Source: Acidimicrobiia bacterium (lineage in GTDB: Bacteria; Actinomycetota; Acidimicrobiia; Spongiisociales; UBA5794). Taken from it: a DNA stretch of 64,000 bases. The notes under the pieces were generated by a model. The model was given only the letters and a program-made list of their open reading frames with translations. It did no database searches and was not told where the DNA came from. The stretch spans positions 50,470 to 114,469 of the forward strand of contig JALSQW010000008.1 in the NCBI GenBank assembly GCA_026985095.1. The letters run 5' to 3'. Numbering within the stretch: position 1 is the stretch's first letter; every line of letters starts with the position of its first letter. Below are positions 10,364 to 20,172 of this stretch, one piece after another. The position numbers and the translations under genes were made by a program.

Positions 10364-11725
10364 TCAGCCGGTCGGAGGCTCGGCTTCGCCGTCATCGAAC
10401 GTTGCCTCCCGCGCCTGTGTGGTGGCGACGGCCTCGGCCCGGGCGGTCTCGATCTTGGCGCTCGTCAGGCGAGGAGCGGCGTAGGCGAACACGGCGACGT
10501 AGGCGGCGGCGACCACGAAGTACGGCAGCCGAAGGGCGAGCTCCCGAGAGCCGGTCGTGGCTTCGGCGATCGAGACGAGGATCCCTCCGGTCAGGAGACC
10601 GATCGGCATCATCCCCCACCCGAAGAAGCGGTAGACGCTGTTGACCCGACCGAGGAGACGGTCGGGGATGATCGTCTGGCGGAGCGAGACGGTGATGACG
10701 TTCCACAGGATCCCGACGAAGCTGGAGATGACGAACATGGCGAAGACGACCGCCCAGTGGCTGGCCAAGCCGACGACGATCGTGGTGGCCGCCGAGGCGA
10801 TGAGCGTCAGGGAGAGCGAAGGGCCACTCCCGAGCCGTGCCGATACCCGCGGCGCCAGGACGCTGCCGAGGACTCCGCCGATGGCGCCGGCCATGCCCAA
10901 GACGGCGAAAACGAGGGCGTCGACCTCGAGGATCTCCTGGACGAACAGGATGAACGTGGCTCCGGCGACCATGAACAGGCCGTTGAGCAGCCCCAGGACG
11001 ATGGCGAGGGGCCTGAGGAGGGGGTGACGCCACAGCCACCGAACCCCTTCGGCCAGCTCGGCCCGCCAGTGGGCTCGGTCCCGATCGTCGGAACGCTCCG
11101 CGGTGTAGGAGCCGGCGAGCAGGAAGATCAACGCGGCCGCGACCGCGAACGACCCGAGGTCGAACACGAACGGGACGAAGAAGGCGACACCGATCAGCAG
11201 CGAACCCAGCGGAGGCCCGAGGAAGCTGTTGGCGACCATCTCGGCGCCCCACAGGGTCCCGTTGGCGCGCTCGAGACCATCGGGTTCGACGATGGCCGGC
11301 AGGATCGTCTGGGCCGAGTTGTCGTAGAGCACCTCGGCGAACCCGAACAGCAGCGAGGCCACCAGCAGCGTCGTGTAGACCGGCCAGTTCGTGGGAACCG
11401 ACGTCGCTCCGGCGACGGCGGCCGGATCGGGGAGCACGCCGGCGTTGACGAACACGACGGCGGCGACGACCCCCGTGAGGACGGTCCGGAAGGCGTTCAT
11501 GGTCCACATGATCCGACGGCGGTCGAGCCGGTCGGTGATCACGCCGGCGGGAAGCGTGAAGACGAGCCACGGCAGTCGCTGGGAGACGGCGATGAGGGCG
11601 ATGAGGATCGGGTCGCGGGTCACCGCCGACGCCAACCACGGATAGGCGATCTGCGCGACCCCGTCTCCGAGGTTGGAGATCGCCGACGCCGACCACAACC
11701 GCCAGTAGTTGCGGCCGAGCCTCAT
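10364..11725 (-). CDS. MFS transporter (MFS_3 type)
   Basis: SNLGDG, GVITDRLDRRRIM motif A, many TM helices. Confidence 0.9.
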   Translation of the reverse strand: MRLGRNYWRLWSASAISNLGDGVAQIAYPWLASAVTRDPILIALIAVSQRLPWLVFTLPAGVITDRLDRRRIMWTMNAFRTVLTGVVAAVVFVNAGVLPDPAAVAGATSVPTNWPVYTTLLVASLLFGFAEVLYDNSAQTILPAIVEPDGLERANGTLWGAEMVANSFLGPPLGSLLIGVAFFVPFVFDLGSFAVAAALIFLLAGSYTAERSDDRDRAHWRAELAEGVRWLWRHPLLRPLAIVLGLLNGLFMVAGATFILFVQEILEVDALVFAVLGMAGAIGGVLGSVLAPRVSARLGSGPSLSLTLIASAATTIVVGLASHWAVVFAMFVISSFVGILWNVITVSLRQTIIPDRLLGRVNSVYRFFGWGMMPIGLLTGGILVSIAEATTGSRELALRLPYFVVAAAYVAVFAYAAPRLTSAKIETARAEAVATTQAREATFDDGEAEPPTG

Positions 11726-12207
11726 GGGAGCGCCGTCGGATGCCGGGCCGACCACACGGCGAGCGCCAGCAGCGCGGCGACGCCGAAGACGACGGCGAGC
11801 GCCAGCCAGCGGAGCGCGGCGACGTCGTCGGCCGGGGCGGGTTCCGGCGGCGTCGGCGATCGGGCCAGGTCGAACACGACCGGATCGACCCCGAGATCGG
11901 TCAACCGGGCGCCGTCGGAGATGATCGATCCACCTTCGGGGAGGAGGGCCTCGAAGGCGATCGTGAGGTCTTCGGGTTCGGAGAGCTCCACGATCCCCGC
12001 CCATCGACCCGGCTCGATCTCCGACAGCGCCACCGGATCGAGTTCGCCGCCGAGACCGACGCCGCGCACGACCACGGCGTTCGCCGAACGGGAGAGGCCG
12101 ACCGAGATCTCGATCGTGAGCGGATCGAGCCCGACCGCCCGCGCCTCGGCGGCACCGAAGGGTGCGGCGAGCTGCACGATCGCGAGGAGGAGGGAGAGCC
12201 ACGCCAT
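11722..12207 (-). CDS. hypothetical exported protein with C-terminal membrane anchor
   Basis: N-terminal signal-like segment, C-terminal TM; overlaps MFS start. Confidence 0.6.
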   Translation of the reverse strand: MAWLSLLLAIVQLAAPFGAAEARAVGLDPLTIEISVGLSRSANAVVVRGVGLGGELDPVALSEIEPGRWAGIVELSEPEDLTIAFEALLPEGGSIISDGARLTDLGVDPVVFDLARSPTPPEPAPADDVAALRWLALAVVFGVAALLALAVWSARHPTALP

Positions 12208-12284
12208 GGGGATCGTCCATCCTACGACCGATCTCGACAGCAGAGGCTCCGCTCTATGCTTGCCGACTCCGAGATGGACGCACG

Positions 12285-13694
12285 ATGAACCAGCCCAGGA
12301 CGCTCTTCGACAAGGTGTGGGACGACCACGTCGTCCATCGCGCCGACGACGAGCCGGACCTGCTGTTCGTCGACCTGCACCTCGTCCACGAGGTCACGTC
12401 ACCGCAGGCCTTCGAGTCGCTCGCCCTGACGGGCCGGTCGGTGCGGCGCCCGGATCTGACGCTGGCGACGATCGACCACGGGGTGCCGACCGTCGGTCGC
12501 GAGCTCGGCATCCGAGATCCGCTGTCGCGGCGCCAGATCGAGACCCTGGTCGCCAACTGCCGCCGCCACGGCATCACGCTGTTCGGTCTCGACGATCCCC
12601 GCCAGGGCATCGTCCACGTCATCGGTCCCGAGCAGGGGGTCACCCAGCCGGGGATGACGATCGTCTGCGGCGACTCCCACACCGCCACCCACGGTGCCTT
12701 CGGTGCTTTGGCTTTCGGGATCGGCACGTCGGAGGTGGAGCATGTCCTCGCCACCCAGACGTTGCCTCAGGAACGTCCACGGTCGATGGCGATCGAGGTC
12801 GACGGCGCGCTTCCGGTGGGGGTGTCGGCGAAGGACGTCATCCTGGCGATCATCGCCGAGATCGGTACCGCCGGTGCCACCGGCCACGTCATCGAGTACC
12901 GGGGCTCGGCCATCGAGGCGCTGTCGATGGAGGGGCGCATGACGATCTGCAACATGTCGATCGAGGCCGGCGCCCGGGCCGGGATGGTCGCACCCGACGA
13001 GACGACGTTCGCGTACCTGAAGGGTCGCCCGTTCGCCCCGACCGGCGCCGACTGGGACGAGGCGGTGGCGTCCTGGCGGATGCTGCACACCGATGAGGGC
13101 GCGTCGTTCGACACGCGGTTGTCGATCGACGCCTCGACACTGGAGCCGCACGTGTCGTGGGGAACGAACCCCGGCCAGACGCTGCCGGTGACGGGCACGG
13201 TACCGGACCCGGCGACGATCGACGACCCCGCCGAGCGTGCGCAGGTGGAGCGGGCGCTCGAGTACATGGCGTTGCAGCCGAACACGCCGATCACCGACAT
13301 CCGCATCGACCGGGTGTTCCTGGGGTCGTGCACCAACGCCCGGATCGAGGACCTGCGGGAAGCCGCGCATCTGTTGGAGGGTCGGAGCGTCCACCCCGAC
13401 GTCCAGGCGATGGTGGTTCCCGGCTCGGGTCTGGTGAAGCTCCAGGCCGAGGAGGAGGGCTTGCACGAGGTGTTCCTGGCCGCCGGATTCGAGTGGCGCG
13501 ACGCGGGGTGTTCGATGTGCCTGGGGATGAACCCGGACATCCTGATGCCCGGGGAGCGTTCGGCGTCGACGTCGAACCGGAACTTCGAGGGCCGGCAGGG
13601 CCGCGGTGGGCGGACCCATCTGGTGTCCCCGGCGATGGCGGTGGCCGCCGCGGTGGAGGGCCGGTTCGTGGACGTGCGGGAGTGGGGGCGATGA
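12285..13694 (+). CDS. leuC: 3-isopropylmalate dehydratase large subunit
   Basis: [41 protein letters not shown]. Confidence 0.97.
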   Translation: MNQPRTLFDKVWDDHVVHRADDEPDLLFVDLHLVHEVTSPQAFESLALTGRSVRRPDLTLATIDHGVPTVGRELGIRDPLSRRQIETLVANCRRHGITLFGLDDPRQGIVHVIGPEQGVTQPGMTIVCGDSHTATHGAFGALAFGIGTSEVEHVLATQTLPQERPRSMAIEVDGALPVGVSAKDVILAIIAEIGTAGATGHVIEYRGSAIEALSMEGRMTICNMSIEAGARAGMVAPDETTFAYLKGRPFAPTGADWDEAVASWRMLHTDEGASFDTRLSIDASTLEPHVSWGTNPGQTLPVTGTVPDPATIDDPAERAQVERALEYMALQPNTPITDIRIDRVFLGSCTNARIEDLREAAHLLEGRSVHPDVQAMVVPGSGLVKLQAEEEGLHEVFLAAGFEWRDAGCSMCLGMNPDILMPGERSASTSNRNFEGRQGRGGRTHLVSPAMAVAAAVEGRFVDVREWGR

Positions 13695-14296
13695 AGGCGG
13701 TCTCGCGGATCGAGGGCACGATGGCGCCGCTCCCTCGCGCCAACGTCGACACCGACCAGATCATCCCCAAGCAGTTCCTCAAACGGGTGGAACGGAGCGG
13801 ATTCGGGCCGTACCTCTTCTACGACTGGGCGCGCGACGCCGAAGGAGAGCTCGATCCGGCGTTCGTGCTCAACCGCCCCGAGTACGCCGATGCGACGGTG
13901 TTGGTGACGGGACCGAACTTCGGCTCGGGCTCGTCCCGGGAGCATGCTCCCTGGGCGCTGGAGGACCGCGGGTTCGAAGCGATCATCGCCCCGTCGTTCG
14001 CCGACATCTTCTACAACAACTGCATCAACATCGGCCTGCTGCCGGTGGTCCTCCCCGCCGGCGACGTGGACGCGCTGACGGCGGCGGCGGAGCGTTCCGG
14101 CACACGGGTGGTGATCGATCTGGCGGACCAGACCGTCGTCGTCGACGGCCGGACGTTCCGGTTCGAGATCGACGCGTTCGCCAAGCACCGCCTGCTGCAC
14201 GGTCTCGACGCCATCGACCTGACCCTCCGCCACGTCGACGCCATCGACCGGTACGAGTCGTCGCGCCCTCGCTGGCGCCCGTCCCTGACCCCCTGA
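13691..14296 (+). CDS. leuD: 3-isopropylmalate dehydratase small subunit
   Basis: [28 protein letters not shown]. Confidence 0.97.
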   Translation: MKAVSRIEGTMAPLPRANVDTDQIIPKQFLKRVERSGFGPYLFYDWARDAEGELDPAFVLNRPEYADATVLVTGPNFGSGSSREHAPWALEDRGFEAIIAPSFADIFYNNCINIGLLPVVLPAGDVDALTAAAERSGTRVVIDLADQTVVVDGRTFRFEIDAFAKHRLLHGLDAIDLTLRHVDAIDRYESSRPRWRPSLTP

Positions 14297-14328
14297 CACC
14301 CTCCGCTCCGAACCGTGGGCCGGCCACC

Positions 14329-14439
14329 CCCCTCGAGGGGGTTCCCGAACCCAGGGTTGGCGACACCCCTCGAGGGGGTTCCCGAACCCAGGGTTGGCGA
14401 CACCCCTCTGGGGGTGTGGCGAACCCTGGGTTGGCGGCG
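14329..14439. repeat. 37-bp tandem repeat (2 exact + 1 degenerate unit) with internal palindromes, REP-like
   Basis: Unit CCCCTCGAGGGGGTTCCCGAACCCAGGGTTGGCGACA at 14329 and 14366, degenerate copy at 14403; no spacers. Confidence 0.85.
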
Positions 14440-14461
14440 AGGGGCTGGGTACGCTGGGAGG

Positions 14462-15217
14462 ATGGACATCGTCGACGGGTACCTGGCGCGGATCGGGGTG
14501 ACGGCATGCCCGAAGATCGACCGGAACGGGTTGGCGACGCTCCAGGCCGCACACCTCATCGCCGTGCCCTTCGAGAACCTCGACGTGCACGCCGGACGCG
14601 ACGTGTCCTGCGACGCGGAACGAGCCGTCGCCAAGGTCGTCGAACGTCGGCGCGGCGGATGGTGCTTCGAGCTCAATGGCGCCTTCGCCGTCCTCCTCGA
14701 ACACCTCGGTTTCACGGTACGGCGCCTGGCGGCGACGGTGCTGCTGGGGGAGCCGACTCCGATCCCCGACCACCTCACCCTGGTCGTCACCGTGGATCGC
14801 CCCTACCTCGTCGACGTCGGGTTCGGCAGCGGCACCCCCCGACGGCCACTCCCCCTCGACGACCCCGGTCCCCACCATGGCGGATCTGGTCTCTACCGCT
14901 TCACGACCGACGGCGGCCAGAGGGTCCTCGAGCGCCGCCGCCGCCGGGACGGGACCTGGGAACGATGCTTCCGCTTCGACGACGCGCCGGTCACGCTCGC
15001 CGACCTCGAGCCGTCGGCCCGCCACCTGGCCACCACCGACAACCGGTTCACCGCCTCCCCCTTCGCCACCCGAGCCCTCGACGACGCGGCGGGACGAGTC
15101 ACCTGGAACGACGGGCGGCTCCTCATCCGGCGGACCGGCAGCGAGCTCGTCACGCCGACGCCCGACGATCGAGCCACGCTCGAACGCTGGTTCGGGATCG
15201 TCGTGGGCGACGGCTGA
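14462..15217 (+). CDS. nat: arylamine N-acetyltransferase
   Basis: YLARIG, VPFENL, RRGGWCFELN (Cys), DHL (His), VDVGFG (Asp). Confidence 0.92.
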   Translation: MDIVDGYLARIGVTACPKIDRNGLATLQAAHLIAVPFENLDVHAGRDVSCDAERAVAKVVERRRGGWCFELNGAFAVLLEHLGFTVRRLAATVLLGEPTPIPDHLTLVVTVDRPYLVDVGFGSGTPRRPLPLDDPGPHHGGSGLYRFTTDGGQRVLERRRRRDGTWERCFRFDDAPVTLADLEPSARHLATTDNRFTASPFATRALDDAAGRVTWNDGRLLIRRTGSELVTPTPDDRATLERWFGIVVGDG

Positions 15218-15220
15218 CCG

Positions 15221-15424
15221 TCAATCACCGTCGGCTCGGGAGCCCGGACCGGGCTCGTCGGGACCCACTCAACACCCGGGCTCGCCGTGGTTGCCGCAGC
15301 AGTTCGACCGGTTCTTCAGCTTGATGGCGTTGTTCCTCGCCGCCACCAGGATCTTCTCCATCAGCGGCAGCTCGGACCGGGCCCAGTTGGAGCGGACCGC
15401 CTCGAAGCTCGGCTCACCGCACAT
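15221..15424 (-). CDS. small Cys-rich protein ending CCGNHGEPGC; possible Sec readthrough at TGA 15269-15271 (ends at 15269 if not recoded)
   Basis: ATG 15424 with TACGGT -10 element 6 nt upstream; GGTC-loop hairpin 12 nt after TGA; next in-frame stop at 15221. Confidence 0.6.
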
Positions 15425-15449
15425 GGGGCCACCGTACCATGAGGTCGCC

Positions 15450-15815
15450 ATGACGCTGCCCACCCGCCACGAGCAGGCCCAGGCCATCCTCCGCCGACGA
15501 GCCCGGAAGATGGCCAAGGAGATCCTCGGTCGTCAACCGGTCGGCGCCGCCGACTTCGCCTCCGCGTTCACCCTCGAGCGCATCGACCTGATCGCCGAGA
15601 TCCCCGACGTCGACGCCCTCCGGCGCCTCGGCCGGACCGTCGTCGGTCCGGCCAACGATCTGTACATCCTCCACGACCCCGACGGCAGCTTCCGCGTCTA
15701 CGTGCAAGAACGCGGCGAGCCCCGCAACGTCGCCGCCGGCCTCGACTTCGAAGCCGCCAGGGACGCCGTCATCGACCGGCTCATCCTCCTCAACGGCATC
15801 CCCCTGGACCTGTAG
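15450..15815 (+). CDS. hypothetical protein (121 aa)
   Basis: GC3-rich ORF MTLPTRHEQAQ...NGIPLDL, divergent from the small Cys-rich gene. Confidence 0.7.
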   Translation: MTLPTRHEQAQAILRRRARKMAKEILGRQPVGAADFASAFTLERIDLIAEIPDVDALRRLGRTVVGPANDLYILHDPDGSFRVYVQERGEPRNVAAGLDFEAARDAVIDRLILLNGIPLDL

Positions 15816-15818
15816 GGC

Positions 15819-17726
15819 TCAGACACCCTGGTAGATCGCGCGAGCGAGTTCCGCCTCGTCCTCGACCGGAACGTCGGCGAAGCGCACCGCGAACACCCCG
15901 CCCTCCGGATCGTGGCCGGGGACCGGCTCACAGCGGAACACGAGTCGCTCCCCGAGGACCTCGACCTCGAGCTTGGATCCCGCCTGCGGCACCCATCCCG
16001 ACAGGGACCGGAGCCGGGCGCCGCCCAAGGACAGGTCCACGATCTCCACCGGTTCGTCGCCCAGGCTCCCCCGCAGCCGCGTGGGCATGCGGACGCTCGC
16101 CCGCCGCTCACCGGCATATCGAGGCGCGGTGATGCGGACGATGCCGGTCGCGACGAACGCTGCGTTGACGGCAAGGAACACGGCGGCGCCGACCATCGCC
16201 CCGGGTTCGTCGTAGGTCATGGGCGTGAACCCGCCGAGGGTCGCGACGCCCCACCCGAGGGCCAGCACCGCGGCCGCGAACACCCCGGTGAGGACCAACG
16301 GCGGACGGGGGCGACCCCCGACCCTGCGTCCCTTCGGTGTCACCTCGAAGCGCGTCCGCACCGACGGATCGAACAGCATCAGGGTCGCCGACAGGACCGC
16401 CGGCATGCGCAGGAACTCGAACAGGGTCGACAGCAGCGGCGGGTAGTAGCCGCGGGCCAGCCGCCGGAGCGCCACGAACTGCAAGGCGAGCACACCGACG
16501 AACACCGGGCCGTAGACCGCCAGCGGCGCCACGATCGGGACACCGCCGGTCGCCAGGACCACGATCGGCAGGACCAGGTAGCCGAGGATCTTCCACGCAT
16601 CGAACCACGCGAACAGCGTCGACGCGTACGCCAGGCGTTGGGCCACCGTCAGGCCGCGCACCACCAGCGGGTTCTCGAGGCGCAGGAGCTGCATCGCTCC
16701 GGACGCCCAACGATGCCGCTGCAGCAGGTAGGCATCGGCGTCCGACGGGGCCAGCCCGTGGGCGAGGACCTCGTTGTGGGCGACCGTTCTCCATCCCCTG
16801 GCGTGGAGACGCACCGTGGTGTGGATGTCCTCGGTGATCGTCCCGGTGGCGACGCCGCCGACGTCACGCAGCGCCGCCACCCGCACGACCGCGCCGGTCC
16901 CGCACCAGAACGCCGCGTTCCATCGGTTCTTCGCCGGCAAGATCACCCGATAGAACACCGACTCCTCGGTGTAGTACCGACCCGTGCGCAACGGCTCGTG
17001 CTCGAAGGATGTCACGTTGTAGAAATCCTGTGGGGTCTGCACGAGCGCCAACCGGGGATCATCGAAGTAGCCGAGCGTGTGCCGCAGGAAGTCCGGACGG
17101 ACCACGTGGTCGGCGTCGAGAACCCCGATCACGTCGGCGTCGATGTGAGCCAACGCGTGGTTGAGGTTCCCCGCCTTGGCGTCGGCGTTGCTCGGGCGGG
17201 TCAGGTAGCGGGCCCCGAGGCGGCGAGCCAGCGCCGCCACCTCCGGACGGCGCCCGTCGTCGAGCACCCAGGTCTCGTGGGCCGGTTCGATCGCCACCGC
17301 CGCCGCGATCGTCGGAAGCAGCACCTCGGTCGGCTCGTCGTAGGTGGTGATCAGCATCGCCACCTGCAGGTCGGTGTCGTCGACGACCCGCGCCGGTGCC
17401 ACCGCGTCGAGGTCCCACAGTCCGAAGGTGAACAGCGCCAGCCCGATGCCGTTGTGGATCTCGAGCACGACGAGGGGGATCGACACCCACCACGCGGCCG
17501 GGTTCAACGTGAAGGCGGCCCGCCACGTCAGGTAGGCGAGGGTGAACCACACTGCACCGACCGCCAGCCCACGGATCGCCAGCTTCCGTCGCGCCGTCTC
17601 AGGCGGCGGCATCGCTCCCCCCTCGAACGTCGGAAGACCCGAGAACGGATCGATCGTGAGCGCCACCCCGGGGTCGTCGGACGCGGCGCGACCGAGGTCG
17701 GAGAGGTCTTCGGATGGAACCGGCAT
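15819..17726 (-). CDS. cellulose-synthase-like GT2 glycosyltransferase with C-terminal PilZ domain
   Basis: DDG, KAGNLN, DADH, QTPQ, FWCGT, TED, QRHRW; PilZ ERRASVR and DLSLGG. Confidence 0.88.
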   Translation of the reverse strand: MPVPSEDLSDLGRAASDDPGVALTIDPFSGLPTFEGGAMPPPETARRKLAIRGLAVGAVWFTLAYLTWRAAFTLNPAAWWVSIPLVVLEIHNGIGLALFTFGLWDLDAVAPARVVDDTDLQVAMLITTYDEPTEVLLPTIAAAVAIEPAHETWVLDDGRRPEVAALARRLGARYLTRPSNADAKAGNLNHALAHIDADVIGVLDADHVVRPDFLRHTLGYFDDPRLALVQTPQDFYNVTSFEHEPLRTGRYYTEESVFYRVILPAKNRWNAAFWCGTGAVVRVAALRDVGGVATGTITEDIHTTVRLHARGWRTVAHNEVLAHGLAPSDADAYLLQRHRWASGAMQLLRLENPLVVRGLTVAQRLAYASTLFAWFDAWKILGYLVLPIVVLATGGVPIVAPLAVYGPVFVGVLALQFVALRRLARGYYPPLLSTLFEFLRMPAVLSATLMLFDPSVRTRFEVTPKGRRVGGRPRPPLVLTGVFAAAVLALGWGVATLGGFTPMTYDEPGAMVGAAVFLAVNAAFVATGIVRITAPRYAGERRASVRMPTRLRGSLGDEPVEIVDLSLGGARLRSLSGWVPQAGSKLEVEVLGERLVFRCEPVPGHDPEGGVFAVRFADVPVEDEAELARAIYQGV

Positions 17727-17834
17727 CGGGCCCTCCAGCGGTCTACGGACGCCTCCCCTGTCGGCTGCACACCCGCAGCCTTGAGAAGTGCGGCGACGCC
17801 CCGCAGCCGGGCCGACCGATCGGCCGGGCAGAGA

Positions 17835-19085
17835 TCAGGACCGGATCACCGGATCGGGCCCGACCGCCACCACCCGCTCGATGGCCCGGTACACCCGTTC
17901 CTGCATCCCGACCTCGTCCGGTTCGAGCAGGTTCGCCATCACCTTCAACGCCCATTCCATCAGGGGGCGGGACCGCAAGCCGACACGGGTGAGCGCCCGC
18001 ATCAACGTCGGGTTGCCGATGGCGATCACGAACGCTCGCGCCACCCGGTGATAGGCCCCGTACTCGTCCTCGATCGCCCGAGCGTACGCCCGCAGCCTGC
18101 CGGAGCCCGGATCGGCGAGCTCCTCCACCACGTAGGAGGCGGCGAGCCGTCCGGTCTCGTAGGCGTAGTCGATCCCCTCGCCGTTGAACGGGTTGACGGC
18201 GCCGGCCGCGTCGCCGACCAACATCCAGTTCTCCCCCGCCTTCGGGCCCACCGAGAACGCCATCGGGAGCTTGCCGCCGGTGGGAGCGACCAGCTCCGAG
18301 TCCGGGCCGATGGCCCAATGGTCGGGAAGCTGGGCCAGATAGGCGTCCTGGACCTTGGAGGTGTTGACTTCCTTCCAGCCCTTGAACGAGGAGATGACCC
18401 CCACCCCGACGTTCACCGTCCCGTCGCCCATCGGGAACACCCATCCGTACCCGGGCATCGAACGACCTTCGCGGTCGCGGATGTCGAGTTGGCTCTCCAG
18501 GAACCCGTCACGACTGTTGGGGCTGGCGTAGTACCCCCGGACGGCGAGCCCATAGGGGAAGTCGCGGCGCCGATGCGTCCCCAGGGCGCGACCGAACCGG
18601 GACAGCGAGCCGTCGGCGACCACGACCACCCGGGGGGTGATCCGCTCGACGGCGCCGTCGACGACGAGATCGACCCCGACGAGGCGACCATCGGCGACGA
18701 CGGCCCGCGCCTCGACCCCATCATCGACGGTCGCTCCTTGCGCGGCGGCCAACGCGGCGACCTGCATGTCCAGGTCGGCCCGACGCAGCGTCGCACCCCA
18801 CGTGGGATAGATCGTGTGCCGAGGCCACGGGAGCTCGAGGGTCAAGTCACCGGCGTACGCGCGGAGGCCGGAGATCCTGTGCACGTCGTCGGCGTCGAGG
18901 TCGAAGCCCATGTCGATGAGCTGCTTGACGGCCCGCGGCGTCAACCCGTCGCCGCAGGTCTTGTCGCGGGGATACCGCTTCTTCTCGACGAGACGGACAT
19001 CGGCGCCGGCCTTGGCGAGCCAGAACGCGGACGCGGCACCGCCGGGGCCGCCGCCGACCACCAGGACGTCGGGTGAGGAGCTCAT
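17835..19085 (-). CDS. geranylgeranyl reductase family / MenJ-like menaquinone reductase
   Basis: VGGGPGG FAD motif, PRDKTCGDGLTPRAV, GYGWVFP, GDAAG, NGEGI. Confidence 0.85.
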   Translation of the reverse strand: MSSSPDVLVVGGGPGGAASAFWLAKAGADVRLVEKKRYPRDKTCGDGLTPRAVKQLIDMGFDLDADDVHRISGLRAYAGDLTLELPWPRHTIYPTWGATLRRADLDMQVAALAAAQGATVDDGVEARAVVADGRLVGVDLVVDGAVERITPRVVVVADGSLSRFGRALGTHRRRDFPYGLAVRGYYASPNSRDGFLESQLDIRDREGRSMPGYGWVFPMGDGTVNVGVGVISSFKGWKEVNTSKVQDAYLAQLPDHWAIGPDSELVAPTGGKLPMAFSVGPKAGENWMLVGDAAGAVNPFNGEGIDYAYETGRLAASYVVEELADPGSGRLRAYARAIEDEYGAYHRVARAFVIAIGNPTLMRALTRVGLRSRPLMEWALKVMANLLEPDEVGMQERVYRAIERVVAVGPDPVIRS

Positions 19086-19119
19086 GGGCGTCGAGGCTAC
19101 CGGCGGGAACGACCCGCCG

Positions 19120-20166
19120 TCAGCCTGCGGCTTCCACCAAACCGCAGTCGGTCTCCGCGGTCGCCAGGTCCTCGCCCCCGAACGCGACGCGCTCGTACAG
19201 CACCACCTGGGCGATCTGCTGGTCGGTGAGCTGACCACCGAACGGCGGCATGCCCCCCGCCACCGGCTTGCTCGTCGCACCGTAGGTCGGGTCGGGCCAC
19301 CCGGCGGAACCCAGCGTCACCCACTCGACGTGAGACGAACACGAACCCTCCGGGAAGGTCTGGAGCACCGCGCCGCCGGCCATGCCAGGGCCGACCCCGC
19401 CCTCGCCGGCATTGCCGTGGCAGATCGCGCACGACTCGGCGAACAGCATCTCCCCGGCGGTGAAGTTGTCGACCGTGCCCTGACCGTACGGGTTCCCGTC
19501 GCAACCGACGGCCTCGCCCGTCACCGGGTCGATGGCGAGCTGCCCAGCGCTGCCGCACGCCGGCCCGTTGGGGACCGCGGCGATGTAGACGACGGCGAAG
19601 ACCGGGATGATCACGAACAACGCGGCGAGGAGCGCCGGGTAGCGGCTCGCCTTCTTCGGTTCGGGCGCCGGAGCCTCGGCCTCCGCGGCGGGCGCCTCGG
19701 CCGGTTCGATGACCTCGACCGGGGCCTCCGTCGGCGCGACCGGGCCGGGGGCAGCCGCCTCGGCCGGGGCAGGAGCGGGGCCGGCCGGGGCGACCCCTGC
19801 GGCGGGCAGTTCGATGCCCGCCCATTCGGCCAGCACCGCTTCGACGGCGATGCCTTCCTTCTTGGCGCGGGCCCCGGCCGACCGCTCGACCAGCGAGGCA
19901 GGCATCCCCTTGGCCTCGGCGGCCTTGGCGATCAGCTCGTCCTTCGAGATCGCGGCGGGGGCCGGAGCGGGAGGCGCCTCCGCCGGAGCCGGAGCCGGAG
20001 CGGCGGGTGGGGCTGCCTGCGCCGTCGGAACCTCCTCGCCGGCCCACTGCGCCAGGACCTGCTCGACGGGCACCCCGAGCGCCTGGGCCCTGGCCTGGGC
20101 GGAGCGGTCGACCATGTCGGCCGGCACACCGGTCGATGCTGCGATACGTTGGATGAGCTCTTCCAT
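19120..20166 (-). CDS. membrane-anchored monohaem cytochrome c with two N-terminal helical repeats
   Basis: CAICH haem motif, GGMPPFG Met ligand, single TM, Ala/Pro linkers. Confidence 0.88.
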   Translation of the reverse strand: MEELIQRIAASTGVPADMVDRSAQARAQALGVPVEQVLAQWAGEEVPTAQAAPPAAPAPAPAEAPPAPAPAAISKDELIAKAAEAKGMPASLVERSAGARAKKEGIAVEAVLAEWAGIELPAAGVAPAGPAPAPAEAAAPGPVAPTEAPVEVIEPAEAPAAEAEAPAPEPKKASRYPALLAALFVIIPVFAVVYIAAVPNGPACGSAGQLAIDPVTGEAVGCDGNPYGQGTVDNFTAGEMLFAESCAICHGNAGEGGVGPGMAGGAVLQTFPEGSCSSHVEWVTLGSAGWPDPTYGATSKPVAGGMPPFGGQLTDQQIAQVVLYERVAFGGEDLATAETDCGLVEAAG

Positions 20167-20172
20167 GGTCCC

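Noticed and set aside
10354-10364. Ms1 RNA expected downstream of the Rv3661-like HAD gene
   Set aside because: Only 9 nt separate the HAD stop from the convergent MFS stop
14329-14439. Possible CRISPR array
   Set aside because: Units are contiguous with no unique spacers, and no cas genes are in the window
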